A stretch of DNA of 64,000 nucleotides from positions 100,641 through 164,640 of the forward strand of contig JAVZHX010000002.1 in assembly GCA_038871515.1 (NCBI GenBank), given 5' to 3'. Positions 46,101-55,425 of the stretch are shown here, piece by piece; the stretch's first letter is position 1, and each line of letters opens with the position of its first letter. Position numbers and translations under genes: made by a program. The notes beneath the pieces were generated by a model. That model ran no database searches. It had not been told where the DNA came from and saw nothing but the letters and a program-made list of their open reading frames with translations. Source of the stretch: Candidatus Micrarchaeia archaeon. GTDB taxonomy: Archaea; Micrarchaeota; Micrarchaeia; Burarchaeales; Fermentimicrarchaeaceae.

Positions 46101-48147
46101 TCTTCTCCTCCAGAACTTTTAGTGCTTCCTTCGCTTTCTCTATTTTTCTTTTGTTCTCCTCTATAGCTTTTGAATCATCCCTTATGAATTCATTCAACAC
46201 ATCCTGGCTGGCTGAGCCGAAGTGGCGTGGTTCGTTGAGCTTCTTCCTCCACACCTGTATTCTGCTTGAAAGCTTTTCATTTGATTCAGTCATTTCAGCA
46301 ATTTCCTCTTTTAAAGTGCGTTCAAGCACCTCGGGGTTTATTCTTCCTATCAGCTCCTTCTTTTCTGGAACTCCTTTCCCAACCCACTCATCAAGCATTT
46401 CTCTCACTTTTTTCTTTGTGCTCCTAAGCGCATCCACGTAATTGGCAACTTCCTCAGCTTCTTTCTGCATTCCCGCATTTTCCAGCTTAGCAACAAGCTC
46501 ACTTGCTGGGAGGGTTTTTAGCATTTCATCAACAACCTCTGCAAAGTTTCTTCCCTCCTTTAACTTGTGGGAGAATTGAGATGGTATGTCAAACTCTCTC
46601 CTTACTTTTTCTATATAGTAACCGGCATTATGAGTTACCGTTTTGAATGATGCACTTTTCACCCCGTGCTCCTTCAGAGCTTCTATCACCGAAAGGTAAG
46701 AAAGAAACCGCTTATCACCTTCAAGGAGCTGGGGGTATTTGAATGAAAGCAGATCGGTATCAGGGTAGAAAAACTGCTGGGTTTTTTGTAGTGTTTCGAA
46801 CTCCTTTCTGCTTCTAACATGCTCGCTCAGAATGGAGGAGAATTCTTTTGTTAGGAGGACTGATGCTCTATCTCCTTTCACTTTTATAACTGCGTCGTCC
46901 TTTACATTTATTGCAAAGAAACCAGCCATCCCAAGTATTTCTATTCCATCAACCTTTTCATCAACCATCCCAAATTCAAGAAGGCGGAGTTTTTCAGAGA
47001 TTTTTTTACTCAACTTCTCAGATGGCTCGTGAGTTTTTTTCTTTTGCTCAACAGCAATCTCTAACCCATATCTTGCGATGGTATCCTGCACCTTTTTCAA
47101 GCTTACAGATTCAAGAAGTTGTTCAAGCACCACTTGAGGCGCCTCTACCACTTTCAGCAACTGCGATGCAATCCAATTCTGCTCAACAAGCTTTTCGGCA
47201 GTTTCCTTCAGTTCACCAGTAGTTTTTCCACTCAGTTCACTTACACTGATTTTTGTTTCTGAAAGCGCAGCAAGCAGTGAGGGAAGGCTGCGTAGCTTCT
47301 CCTCACTGAGCTTTGGGTTATTTTGAACTTCCTCACAAATCTCCTTTACTGTTTTTCTACCCACGTGAGCTGAGAATTTTGAAAATTCGCTCTGCTCCAA
47401 AAAAACCTTCGCTTCATTTTTATCAATCTGCATAACCAAAAAAGGAGCAGCTACGACTCCAATTCCTCTGTTTCCATGAATGTTAACCCTTTCTCCGTTG
47501 GGTGTGGTGAGCACCTTGAAAACCTCGTATTCACTTATCTCTTTTAGCTGTTGAGCCAACTCCTTCTCAAAAAGCACCCACTCAAGCTGTGATCTGAAAT
47601 CTAGTTGTTTTTTGACTTCGGGAGTGGGAAGTTTATTTTTCTCATATCTCTCGCGCGCTTCTGCAACAGCAACCGGCCCGTATTCACTTATCAAATATGC
47701 TTCATTGCGAAACGTGCTTTTGAGCGATGAGATAATATCATGCTGCGCTTCCAGATTCATTTTAACCTCAAGAAGTTTCTCAAGGGATGAGCGGTTTACC
47801 TCTTGTATTGAAATCCCGCAGTTTGATAATGCTTTGAAGATTGGTGTGTAATCGCCAAGAATTTTCTCATCTGGCTTGCGCAGCTCTTCCTTTATAAGAT
47901 GTGGTTGTTTTGACTTTTCATATAAAGCAGAGTATAATCCCTCGGAGAGCCAAACCTCTGCTTTTCTTCCATCAACTTTAACGCAAACTCTGTCTGAGAT
48001 TATAGCGCCGACTCCGTTAATGCCAAAAACGTGAACAGAGTTATAAAAGTGAGCTTGCCTCCTTATATCATCTACGGCAAGGGTAAGCTTCACAGTCATG
48101 AGCTCGCGTTCTGCTCTTTTTGCTTCCTCCTGCTTTTCAATTGCCAT
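46090..48147 (-). CDS. Hypothetical protein with three internal repeats of about 180 aa and a C-terminal coiled coil
   Basis: 685 aa; repeated beta-meander plus helix unit starting near aa 38, 221 and 402. Confidence 0.7.
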   Translation of the reverse strand: MAIEKQEEAKRAERELMTVKLTLAVDDIRRQAHFYNSVHVFGINGVGAIISDRVCVKVDGRKAEVWLSEGLYSALYEKSKQPHLIKEELRKPDEKILGDYTPIFKALSNCGISIQEVNRSSLEKLLEVKMNLEAQHDIISSLKSTFRNEAYLISEYGPVAVAEARERYEKNKLPTPEVKKQLDFRSQLEWVLFEKELAQQLKEISEYEVFKVLTTPNGERVNIHGNRGIGVVAAPFLVMQIDKNEAKVFLEQSEFSKFSAHVGRKTVKEICEEVQNNPKLSEEKLRSLPSLLAALSETKISVSELSGKTTGELKETAEKLVEQNWIASQLLKVVEAPQVVLEQLLESVSLKKVQDTIARYGLEIAVEQKKKTHEPSEKLSKKISEKLRLLEFGMVDEKVDGIEILGMAGFFAINVKDDAVIKVKGDRASVLLTKEFSSILSEHVRSRKEFETLQKTQQFFYPDTDLLSFKYPQLLEGDKRFLSYLSVIEALKEHGVKSASFKTVTHNAGYYIEKVRREFDIPSQFSHKLKEGRNFAEVVDEMLKTLPASELVAKLENAGMQKEAEEVANYVDALRSTKKKVREMLDEWVGKGVPEKKELIGRINPEVLERTLKEEIAEMTESNEKLSSRIQVWRKKLNEPRHFGSASQDVLNEFIRDDSKAIEENKRKIEKAKEALKVLEEKNEP

Positions 48148-48179
48148 AGGTGAATTTGCTCATTTTAAGTATAAAAACA

Positions 48180-48680
48180 TCAGTGTATGACAATCTCCCT
48201 CACTCCCTTAACATTCCTAAGTTTGTTTATGGTTGCTCCATCAAGCTTCTTCTCAAGTATTAAGGTGAGCTTTGGCTCAGGATAGATGTCTGGGTCGTCT
48301 GCAACAATCTGTCTTATCACTATTCCTCTATCTGCGATTATGCTTGCAACGCTGGCAACAATTCCCTTCTGGTGTGGCTCGGCGTGTATTTCTATGCTTT
48401 CAAAACCAAGTTTATCTGCAACTTTTCCTATAAAAGCAGTTGGGAGCAGCTGGGAGAATATGCCATAGAGCTTGTCATCCTCTGCAATCATCTTCCCCGT
48501 TTCAATCACAACTCTTCTGTCAACTCCAAGCGCGCGGGCGAATTTTGCAGGGGAAATTTCTATCTCAGCGCAGAATATTCTTCCTTTTTCATCCACTCTT
48601 AACCCATACTTCAGCATTGTTTCCGCAACTTTTCTCTTGCCAGGTGACTCCTCAAACGCCTTCTCAAGCAAAGGGTACAT
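48180..48680 (-). CDS. trpY: TrpY-family tryptophan-sensing regulator (HTH plus ACT)
   Basis: F...P....VA......G.R.D..G.I.C..IEI....ARALGVDRR.V, IA..GI.IRQ...DP...P.LT; matches the family pattern of Methanothermobacter TrpY; divergent from trpB2. Confidence 0.85.
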   Translation of the reverse strand: MYPLLEKAFEESPGKRKVAETMLKYGLRVDEKGRIFCAEIEISPAKFARALGVDRRVVIETGKMIAEDDKLYGIFSQLLPTAFIGKVADKLGFESIEIHAEPHQKGIVASVASIIADRGIVIRQIVADDPDIYPEPKLTLILEKKLDGATINKLRNVKGVREIVIH

Positions 48681-48719
48681 AATGTATATTTTTATACACA
48701 AAAGTTTAAAAATGTGTAT
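48674..48719. promoter_or_regulatory. TRP-box-like operator array in the trpY/trpB2 divergent promoter
   Basis: GGTACA (48674-79), TGTATA-N4-TATACA (48683-98), and inverted repeat ATACACA/TGTGTAT (48694-700/48713-19) flanking a TTTAAA box. The known TrpY box is TGTACA. Confidence 0.7.
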
Positions 48720-48757
48720 TGCTCCAATCTACCTGCTTGGGGTGATTTGAATGAAAG

Positions 48758-50059
48758 GTGGATGTCTTTGGGGAAGTGAAGCTTGTTCTTGAGCAGGAGG
48801 AGCTGCCGCGCTACTACTGCAACATACTGCCCTTTCTCCCAAAACCTCTGAAACCACCTCTGAACCCTGCGACAAAGCAACCTGTTAAGCCAGAGGAGCT
48901 GATGAGAATTTTCACAAAGGAGGGAGTGAGGCAGGAGATGTGCCTTGATGAGAGAGTTGCAATTCCAGAGGAGGTTAGAGAAGCGTACCTTCGGTTGGGA
49001 AGGCCAACTCCACTCTACAGAGCAAGAAGGCTTGAAAGATTTCTGAAAACAAAAGCAAGAATATATTACAAAAGGGAGGATGTGAATCCGTGTGGCTCAC
49101 ACAAACCAAATACTGCCGTTGCGCAGGCGTACTATGCCGCAAAAGAAGGAGTTGAGAAGCTTGCTACGGAAACAGGCGCGGGGCAGTGGGGCACAGCTCT
49201 GAGTTACGCGTGCATGCTGTTCGATTTGAAGTGCGAAGTTTTTATGACGAGAAGCAGTTACGACAGCAAGCCGTACAGAAGAACTCTTATTGAGCTTTTT
49301 GGAGGGGAGGTTCATCCTTCACCAAGCAGTATAACTGAGACAGGAAGGAGTTTCCTCAAGCAGATGCCTGATCACCCGGGAAGTTTGGGAGTTGCAATAA
49401 GCGAGGCAATTGAAGTAACTCTGAAGGAGGAGAGCACAAGGTATTCATTGGGCAGTGTGCTGAACCATGTGTTGCTTCACCAAACGATAATTGGAGAGGA
49501 AACAATGCTGCAGTTCAAGAAAATTGATACAATACCAGATTTGATGGTGGGTTGCATAGGTGGGGGGAGCAACTTCGCTGGGTTCGCCTATCCTTTTGTA
49601 AAAGAGAAGCTGATGGGAAAGTCGGAAACAAGCTTTCTTGCAGTTGAGCCAGAGGCAGTTCCATCAACAACGAAAGGAGAGTACAGATATGATTATGGGG
49701 ATTCGGCTGAGCTGACTCCGCTTATAGAGATGTACACGCTTGGACATAAATTCATTCCACCAAAGATACATGCGGCTGGTTTAAGATATCACGGTAAAGC
49801 TCCATCTCTCAGTTTATTAATAAAGGAGGGAGTTGTAAGCTCTGTTGCATACAATCAAAATGAGGTTTTTGAGGCAGCGCGCATATTTGCAAAAACAGAG
49901 GGTATTGTTCCAGCTCCTGAAACTGCACATGCAATAAAAGCAGTTATTGATGAAGCAAGAAAGTGCAGGGAAGGAAAGATAATTGCGTTTAACTTCTCTG
50001 GGCATGGGTTGCTTGACTTGGGTGGCTATCACGAGTTTCTTTGGCGTGAGCGAGAATGA
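48758..50059 (+). CDS. trpB2: Tryptophan synthase beta chain, TrpB2 type
   Basis: PLP lysine [51 protein letters not shown]. Confidence 0.93.
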   Translation: MDVFGEVKLVLEQEELPRYYCNILPFLPKPLKPPLNPATKQPVKPEELMRIFTKEGVRQEMCLDERVAIPEEVREAYLRLGRPTPLYRARRLERFLKTKARIYYKREDVNPCGSHKPNTAVAQAYYAAKEGVEKLATETGAGQWGTALSYACMLFDLKCEVFMTRSSYDSKPYRRTLIELFGGEVHPSPSSITETGRSFLKQMPDHPGSLGVAISEAIEVTLKEESTRYSLGSVLNHVLLHQTIIGEETMLQFKKIDTIPDLMVGCIGGGSNFAGFAYPFVKEKLMGKSETSFLAVEPEAVPSTTKGEYRYDYGDSAELTPLIEMYTLGHKFIPPKIHAAGLRYHGKAPSLSLLIKEGVVSSVAYNQNEVFEAARIFAKTEGIVPAPETAHAIKAVIDEARKCREGKIIAFNFSGHGLLDLGGYHEFLWRERE

Positions 50060-50465
50060 AGTGAGAATACTTTTTATCTCTGAGCTGAAAGCACATGAGC
50101 TGCCAGATAAGAGAAGAGTTAAGGAGCTTGAGGAGGATATGAGGAGGAGAGGAATTTTGCTCAAGCCAATTATTGTGGATAGGAAAACAAAGATTATCAT
50201 AGATGGGCATTGCAGATGTGATGCACTGAGAAGAGTTGGTTGCAGAAAAGTTGCCGTGAGGTTTGTTGACTATCTATCTGAAAAGATAGCTGTGGAGGGA
50301 TGGAATGGGGAGAAAGTTAACAAAAAAGATGTTTTGGAAGCGGGGATGAGTGGTGTTCTTATGAAACCAAAAACAACACGGCATATTGTCAGAGTTGGTG
50401 AAAAATTTTTGCACATATCCGAAATTTATGGGGAGGCGCCTGTTTCGCTGAGCAAGCTCATCTGA
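50046..50465 (+). CDS. ParB/Srx-fold protein, probable minimal SerK/SbnI-like free L-serine kinase
   Basis: LKAHE, KPIIVD...IIDGHCR, conserved W (VEGW), C-terminal PKTTRH; GTG start at 50046 or 50061, coupled to the trpB2 stop. Confidence 0.72.
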   Translation: MSENEVRILFISELKAHELPDKRRVKELEEDMRRRGILLKPIIVDRKTKIIIDGHCRCDALRRVGCRKVAVRFVDYLSEKIAVEGWNGEKVNKKDVLEAGMSGVLMKPKTTRHIVRVGEKFLHISEIYGEAPVSLSKLI

Positions 50466-51054
50466 ATTTTGTGAATGAGAACCAGGCTGCCCTTTCAAGC
50501 TCTCCCTCACCAAAGCAGAGCAGCACCATATCGCCATCCCTCAGTTGAAATTTTTCAATTATTGCGGAGGTTGCTTTGTGGTATTCGCTCTGCACCTCAC
50601 CCCCAGAATCTACGAATAAAAATTTGCCTTTTCTGAAAGAGAGCAGCGTTATGCCGTCTGCTCCCATTTTCACCGCACAATCCCTCACCTCAAGAACGCG
50701 CGGTGATTTTATTCCCCTTATGAGAATCGCGAAGGTTTTTTTGTTCATTGTCAGAGAGGTGGGGGGGAGATAACCAACATCAACAGCATGTTTTTTTAAT
50801 TCCTTAAGAACTCTGAAACCATTCTCAGTTAACTTGTATCCCATAGGGGTGGTATCAACAAGCCCCTCATTCTTCAACAATTTCAAAATACTTCTTGTGC
50901 TCCACTCCCCTATTCCCAACTCCCTGCTGAGCCTTGCACGCCCTTTCCTTGTATCAAGCTTCCAGAGAGCTCGGAGTATGTCAATTGGAAGGAATGAGGG
51001 GTAAGGGCCGAACCTCTTTTTTTTCACTCTTTCAAGCAGTTTGAGTGGTTGCAT
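50458..51054 (-). CDS. Winged-HTH regulator with a DUF4443-like C-terminal domain
   Basis: GP.PSF, GR..LSRELGIGE.STR.IL..L...GLV, RDCAVKMGADG. Confidence 0.75.
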   Translation of the reverse strand: MQPLKLLERVKKKRFGPYPSFLPIDILRALWKLDTRKGRARLSRELGIGEWSTRSILKLLKNEGLVDTTPMGYKLTENGFRVLKELKKHAVDVGYLPPTSLTMNKKTFAILIRGIKSPRVLEVRDCAVKMGADGITLLSFRKGKFLFVDSGGEVQSEYHKATSAIIEKFQLRDGDMVLLCFGEGELERAAWFSFTKFR

Positions 51055-51078
51055 ATCTCACCTCGTTTTATTTAAAAG

Positions 51079-51118
51079 GTTGGATGAATTCACCAACTTA
51101 TATAAAGCTGGATGAATT
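51079..51118. promoter_or_regulatory. Operator-like repeats in the divergent promoter
   Basis: Imperfect palindrome GTTGG-A-TGAATTCA-CCAAC (51079-97) and direct repeat TGGATGAATT (51081-90, 51109-18) on either side of a TTATATAAA box. Confidence 0.5.
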
Positions 51119-51142
51119 AAAAGCTTTGCTTGAGGTGAGCTG

Positions 51143-52471
51143 ATGAAAAGGCTGCTGGTTATCCTGCTAGTATTGAACTTTGTTTTTGCCGGAAAAGTTG
51201 GTTTGGTGGTTCAGTTCAACGATAATGAGGTGATGACAAAATGCATCACAATTTCAATTGATAACTCAGTTCAGCCAGGCTGCAGCGTAAACCCAGCCAC
51301 CTGGTGCAATGAGAACACAGGAAGCTCAACTGCAGAGAAGGTGCTCAGAAGCTCTGGTTTGAAATTAGTTTTGGCAGATGAATACATTGCTTTTCCTGGT
51401 TGCAGTTATGGAAGGTTGCTCTGCAGGATAGAGAATGTTGGGTGCGAGGCTTCTGGCTCAAGCTGTGTTGGCTGCGGCAGCAACTACTGGGGTTTCTTTT
51501 ACCTTAAAGATGGTGGTTGGCAGTACTCAGAATGTGGGGTGAGCGGGTTTAATGTCAAAAATGGAGATGTGCTTGGTTTCAGGTGGGGGGGTTATGGGGA
51601 TTTGCCAGCTGTTTATTCTTTCAATGAGATATGCGCCTCACCTTCTCAAAGCGGTGAAGTTCAACCGCTGAAAAAGTTAAGCATAGAAATTCAGGGGAAC
51701 TGCACGGAGCAACCGGTAGTTATCAAAGTTAAAGAGGAAGGTGGGGAGGTTATTTGGGAGCCAACTAACTTTGTATTCCCCTCCAGAAGTGGGTTGAATA
51801 TAATTTTGGAAACAGGAGTTGGAGTTGAAGTTCTAAGAAAAGAAGTTTACTTTGGGAAGGATGCTGGCTATGATAAGGTTGCATTTCTTTTCACAGATGA
51901 GAATGGGATTGCAAGCTTCACCTCAGAGAAAACTGGGAATTATAAACTGCAGTTCAGGAAGGATGGTTTCATAGATGAGGAGAGAGAAGTTGAAGTGAAT
52001 GAGTGCGTGAAGGAGGTGATAACACCAGCTGAGGAAACGAAGTTTGTGGGAGAGGAAAAACCAGCAACAAGAGTGCAGATTATTGCGCCAAAAACCGCGG
52101 TTGTGAACACAACAGTTGTTTTGAGAGTTGTTTCAGAAGAGGGAAAACCCCTCCCTTTTGAAAGCGTGTTTGTGAAATTCTCTGGGGGGGAGAAACAGCT
52201 CATCACAAACGAAAGCGGAGAGGCAAGTTTCACTGCTGAGGAGGAAGGAGTTTACAATTATTACTCACCAACGCATCTTCTGACTTCCTATGAGGTTACA
52301 AATATAATGAAAGAAACACCTCCGATTGCCTTTCAAGAAACACCGGAAAAGGAAATTGAGCAACCTCCATCTGTTGGGATGGCAACAGCAGGTCCTTCCC
52401 CATTGCTTTTTGCAGGAGGAGCAATAATTATTTTAGTTTTGCTTTACTTATTTAGAGAGGTGAGAAAGTGA
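51143..52471 (+). CDS. Surface protein with a DUF4430 (transcobalamin-like) domain, Ig-like domains and a C-terminal TM anchor
   Basis: Signal peptide; YWGFFY...WQYS..GVS...VKNGDVLGFRWG; FTDENGIASF and TNESGEASF repeats; C-terminal TM. Confidence 0.7.
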   Translation: MKRLLVILLVLNFVFAGKVGLVVQFNDNEVMTKCITISIDNSVQPGCSVNPATWCNENTGSSTAEKVLRSSGLKLVLADEYIAFPGCSYGRLLCRIENVGCEASGSSCVGCGSNYWGFFYLKDGGWQYSECGVSGFNVKNGDVLGFRWGGYGDLPAVYSFNEICASPSQSGEVQPLKKLSIEIQGNCTEQPVVIKVKEEGGEVIWEPTNFVFPSRSGLNIILETGVGVEVLRKEVYFGKDAGYDKVAFLFTDENGIASFTSEKTGNYKLQFRKDGFIDEEREVEVNECVKEVITPAEETKFVGEEKPATRVQIIAPKTAVVNTTVVLRVVSEEGKPLPFESVFVKFSGGEKQLITNESGEASFTAEEEGVYNYYSPTHLLTSYEVTNIMKETPPIAFQETPEKEIEQPPSVGMATAGPSPLLFAGGAIIILVLLYLFREVRK

Positions 52472-52986
52472 GGGAAATTAGAAATTCCGCGAAGTACGTT
52501 ATTGCTTTGCTTTTCTGTGCTTTTTTTAGAATACTCCCAAGACCGCCGAATGTAGAGCCTGTGATGACTGCAACGATGCCATTCGCAAAGGAATTCGGAG
52601 GTTGGGCTGGGTTCTTCTTCGCAGCATTTTCAATTGTTATATTTGATTTTCTCAGCGGGAGAGTTGGTTACTGGACAGTTTACACATCTCTTGCTTATGG
52701 TTTGGTTGGCTATGCTGCATGGCTGTGGCTTTCAAAAAAGAAAGAGGTAAAGGGAAGGGATTATGCGAAGTTTGCATTCCTTTCAACAATTTTCTATGAT
52801 GCGGTAACTGCTCTTGCTTTTGGAATTCAGTTTGGGCAGAGTTTGGAGGTTACTTTGCTAGGGCAGATTCCATTTACCTTTTACCATCTTCTTGGAAACG
52901 TGAGTATGGGGTACCTGATAAGCCCACTGCTGCACAAATGGGTTATCGCGAACCCAAAGCTGGAGCTGAATGTCTATTTGGGTTGA
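52468..52986 (+). CDS. ECF transporter S-component, CbrT/BtuM-like
   Basis: 172 aa, about 6 TM; R..P.PPNVEP, SIVIFD, GYWT, IPF..YHL.GN. Confidence 0.68.
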   Translation: MREIRNSAKYVIALLFCAFFRILPRPPNVEPVMTATMPFAKEFGGWAGFFFAAFSIVIFDFLSGRVGYWTVYTSLAYGLVGYAAWLWLSKKKEVKGRDYAKFAFLSTIFYDAVTALAFGIQFGQSLEVTLLGQIPFTFYHLLGNVSMGYLISPLLHKWVIANPKLELNVYLG

Positions 52987-53514
52987 TTACTTTTTTCTTT
53001 TCCCACTATTTGCGAACATAGCTCCTCTCACAACAAAGTATCCAACTGCTATTCCTATAACTGCTATTACAACAATTGCAAGTGTCCAGATATTAGCCCC
53101 CAATCCTCCAATTGGTGAAACTAGGTAGTACCTTCCTCCCCCTCCGCCTCCTCCACCAGCCAGCACGGTATAAACCTGTGGTGAGCCCATCTGGAATTGG
53201 TAACCCGCTTTGCCTGCAATGCAATACCAGTTGTGGTTGCCTGAATAAAGAGTTGTTCCACTATAATGGTATGCTCCATCGTAGTAACTTGCGGAGTAGT
53301 TGCCTGAGTCAATTACAACAAAAACTATTGCTCCAGTTACTGGTTGGGATGTCCCATTCAAATTCGCGTAATACATGCAGGAAAACGTTGGCTTCACCCC
53401 AGAACGAGCAGTTCCTGATTGGGGCGTTACAGATTGGTTGAGAGTTGTTGGAATCTGCGCTTGTGCAACGCCCAACAGCACAAGCAAAACAAACACGTAC
53501 CAAATTTTTTTCAT
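52987..53514 (-). CDS. Small exported membrane-anchored protein with a Gly8 linker
   Basis: Signal peptide, two-Cys beta domain, GGGGGGGG, TM helix, basic tail. Confidence 0.7.
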   Translation of the reverse strand: MKKIWYVFVLLVLLGVAQAQIPTTLNQSVTPQSGTARSGVKPTFSCMYYANLNGTSQPVTGAIVFVVIDSGNYSASYYDGAYHYSGTTLYSGNHNWYCIAGKAGYQFQMGSPQVYTVLAGGGGGGGGRYYLVSPIGGLGANIWTLAIVVIAVIGIAVGYFVVRGAMFANSGKRKK

Positions 53515-53526
53515 ATAATCCCTCCT

Positions 53527-54606
53527 TTATTTTTTAAAACTTCTGTTTGCGAACCCTTCGGGGCTTATTCCCCTTAACCTGAACAGTTCAGCAGTTCTCC
53601 CAGTTATGATAACTGGTGAGTTTGAAAGTGAGGAAAGCTCCCTTGAGCCTGTGAGAAACATGCATACCTTTAACTGCTCCTTCCATCTCTCAAGCTCATT
53701 CACAACTGCCTTCTCTCCTTTTTTTGTTGCTTTCAAGAAAGGAAGGGCAGCGCCTGCATAATCTGCACCAAGCGCAACTGCTTTTGCAACGTCAACACCG
53801 GAGCGAATCCCACCGCTTGCTATAAGCGGAAGCTCACAAACGCTTGCAACTTCAACAATTGATAAAGCAGTGGGAATGCCCCACTCCCACAACCACTCCT
53901 CCTCACGCGAGCTTCTTATAAGCTCAACAGCTCCCCACGAGGTTCCTCCAGCTCCTGCAACATCTATTCCCTTAACGCCAGTATTTTTTAATTCAACCGC
54001 AACCTCTCTTGAGATTCCTGCTCCTGTTTCCTTCACAATAACTGGCACGCTGATTTCTGCGGTGAGCTTTTGAAGCGCAGATAAACATCCTTTGAATTTT
54101 TTATTTCCTTCTGGCTGCACAACCTCCTGGAGCGGGTTGAGATGAACAAACAATGCATCTGCTTCAACCTTTTCAACTGCATCAGCTATTCTGTTTACAT
54201 CGTGCTCCAAAAGTTGCGTTATGCCTATGTTACCAATCAAAGGAATATTTGGGGCAACATCTCTAACGCAATACGTGTTTGCGAGGGATGGTTTCTCTAT
54301 CATTGCCCTCTGGGAGCCAAGCCCCAACGCAACTCCTGAGCTTTCAGCAGCTGCAGCCAGCGTTTTATTTATTTTCTTTGCTTCATGCGAGCCTCCCGTG
54401 ATGGGCTCAATTATAATCGGAGCTGAAAGCTTCTTTCCAAAAAACTCACAGCTTACATCAACTTCATCAAGGTTCAGCTCTGGAAGCGCGTTGTGAATTA
54501 GCTCAACATCCTCAAAACCAGTGCTCTTCCTTGAGAACTCCACTTTCCTCTCACAGCAAATTTTCAGATGATATGCTTTTCTCTTCTCAGTAGTTGATTT
54601 TGCCAT
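53527..54606 (-). CDS. fni: Type 2 isopentenyl-diphosphate isomerase
   Basis: RK..HL.IC, HNALPE, TGG, GSQR, HLNPLQE, KETGAG, GAGGTSW, SGGIR. Confidence 0.95.
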   Translation of the reverse strand: MAKSTTEKRKAYHLKICCERKVEFSRKSTGFEDVELIHNALPELNLDEVDVSCEFFGKKLSAPIIIEPITGGSHEAKKINKTLAAAAESSGVALGLGSQRAMIEKPSLANTYCVRDVAPNIPLIGNIGITQLLEHDVNRIADAVEKVEADALFVHLNPLQEVVQPEGNKKFKGCLSALQKLTAEISVPVIVKETGAGISREVAVELKNTGVKGIDVAGAGGTSWGAVELIRSSREEEWLWEWGIPTALSIVEVASVCELPLIASGGIRSGVDVAKAVALGADYAGAALPFLKATKKGEKAVVNELERWKEQLKVCMFLTGSRELSSLSNSPVIITGRTAELFRLRGISPEGFANRSFKK

Positions 54607-54633
54607 ACTATAAATACGGGGGGTTTATATAAA

Positions 54634-55425
54634 TTATTTATGAATAAGGGTTCCGCTTGGCTTGCCGAGCAGAGCTTCCTTTAGATTGCCCTCAATCAAA
54701 CCGCATATCACTCTGCTTTCTATTCCAATTCTCGCAAGCCCAAGCAGTATTTCAACCTTGTGAAGCATTCCGCCGGTTACATCTATTCCTGCTGAGCCAC
54801 CAAGAGAGTTTTTCACTTTGCTGAAATTCCCAGGGGTTATCTCAGGTATTTTTTGGGGGGAGGATGCGCGAGGGTTTGCAAGCACTCCGTTTGTGATACC
54901 TACAAGTATTATTCTTTTTGGCTTCAGCTTCCTTGCAAGGTAGTCAAATATCATCTCAGTTGACAGTATGGAGCAACCCCTCTCCAAATCAACTACCACA
55001 TCACCGTAAGGAACAGGAAGTAAATTGTGGGATAGCATTCTTTGCAATGGTTTTATATCAAAGTGAACTATTCTTCCGTTTCTGGTGAGCACGCATGCGG
55101 ATGGTTGCACTGAAACAGCATTCTCCCCTGCTTCAATTAGACACTCAACAACAATTCTGTTCAACCTAGAAGCAGCATCCTGAACCTCTGAAATTCCTCT
55201 GTATGTTTCAGGGCTAACAACTCCCTTGTGAACCTCGTATTTTTTCGCTGGCACATGAGGGAATGAACCTCCTCCGTGCCCAACAATAAGTTTTAGGTTG
55301 CCTTCCTCTCTTGCCTCATGAATCTCCCTTGCAACCCTCTTTATAATCTCCATCCTTGGGGTGAACGGCTTTGTTTTGTCAGTTATCAAACTTCCCCCAA
55401 GCTTCACAAACACAAGCTCTCTCAT
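54634..55425 (-). CDS. ipk: Isopentenyl phosphate kinase
   Basis: KLGGSLITDK, HGGGSFPH, PV.YGDV, DVTGGM..K. Confidence 0.92.
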   Translation of the reverse strand: MRELVFVKLGGSLITDKTKPFTPRMEIIKRVAREIHEAREEGNLKLIVGHGGGSFPHVPAKKYEVHKGVVSPETYRGISEVQDAASRLNRIVVECLIEAGENAVSVQPSACVLTRNGRIVHFDIKPLQRMLSHNLLPVPYGDVVVDLERGCSILSTEMIFDYLARKLKPKRIILVGITNGVLANPRASSPQKIPEITPGNFSKVKNSLGGSAGIDVTGGMLHKVEILLGLARIGIESRVICGLIEGNLKEALLGKPSGTLIHK

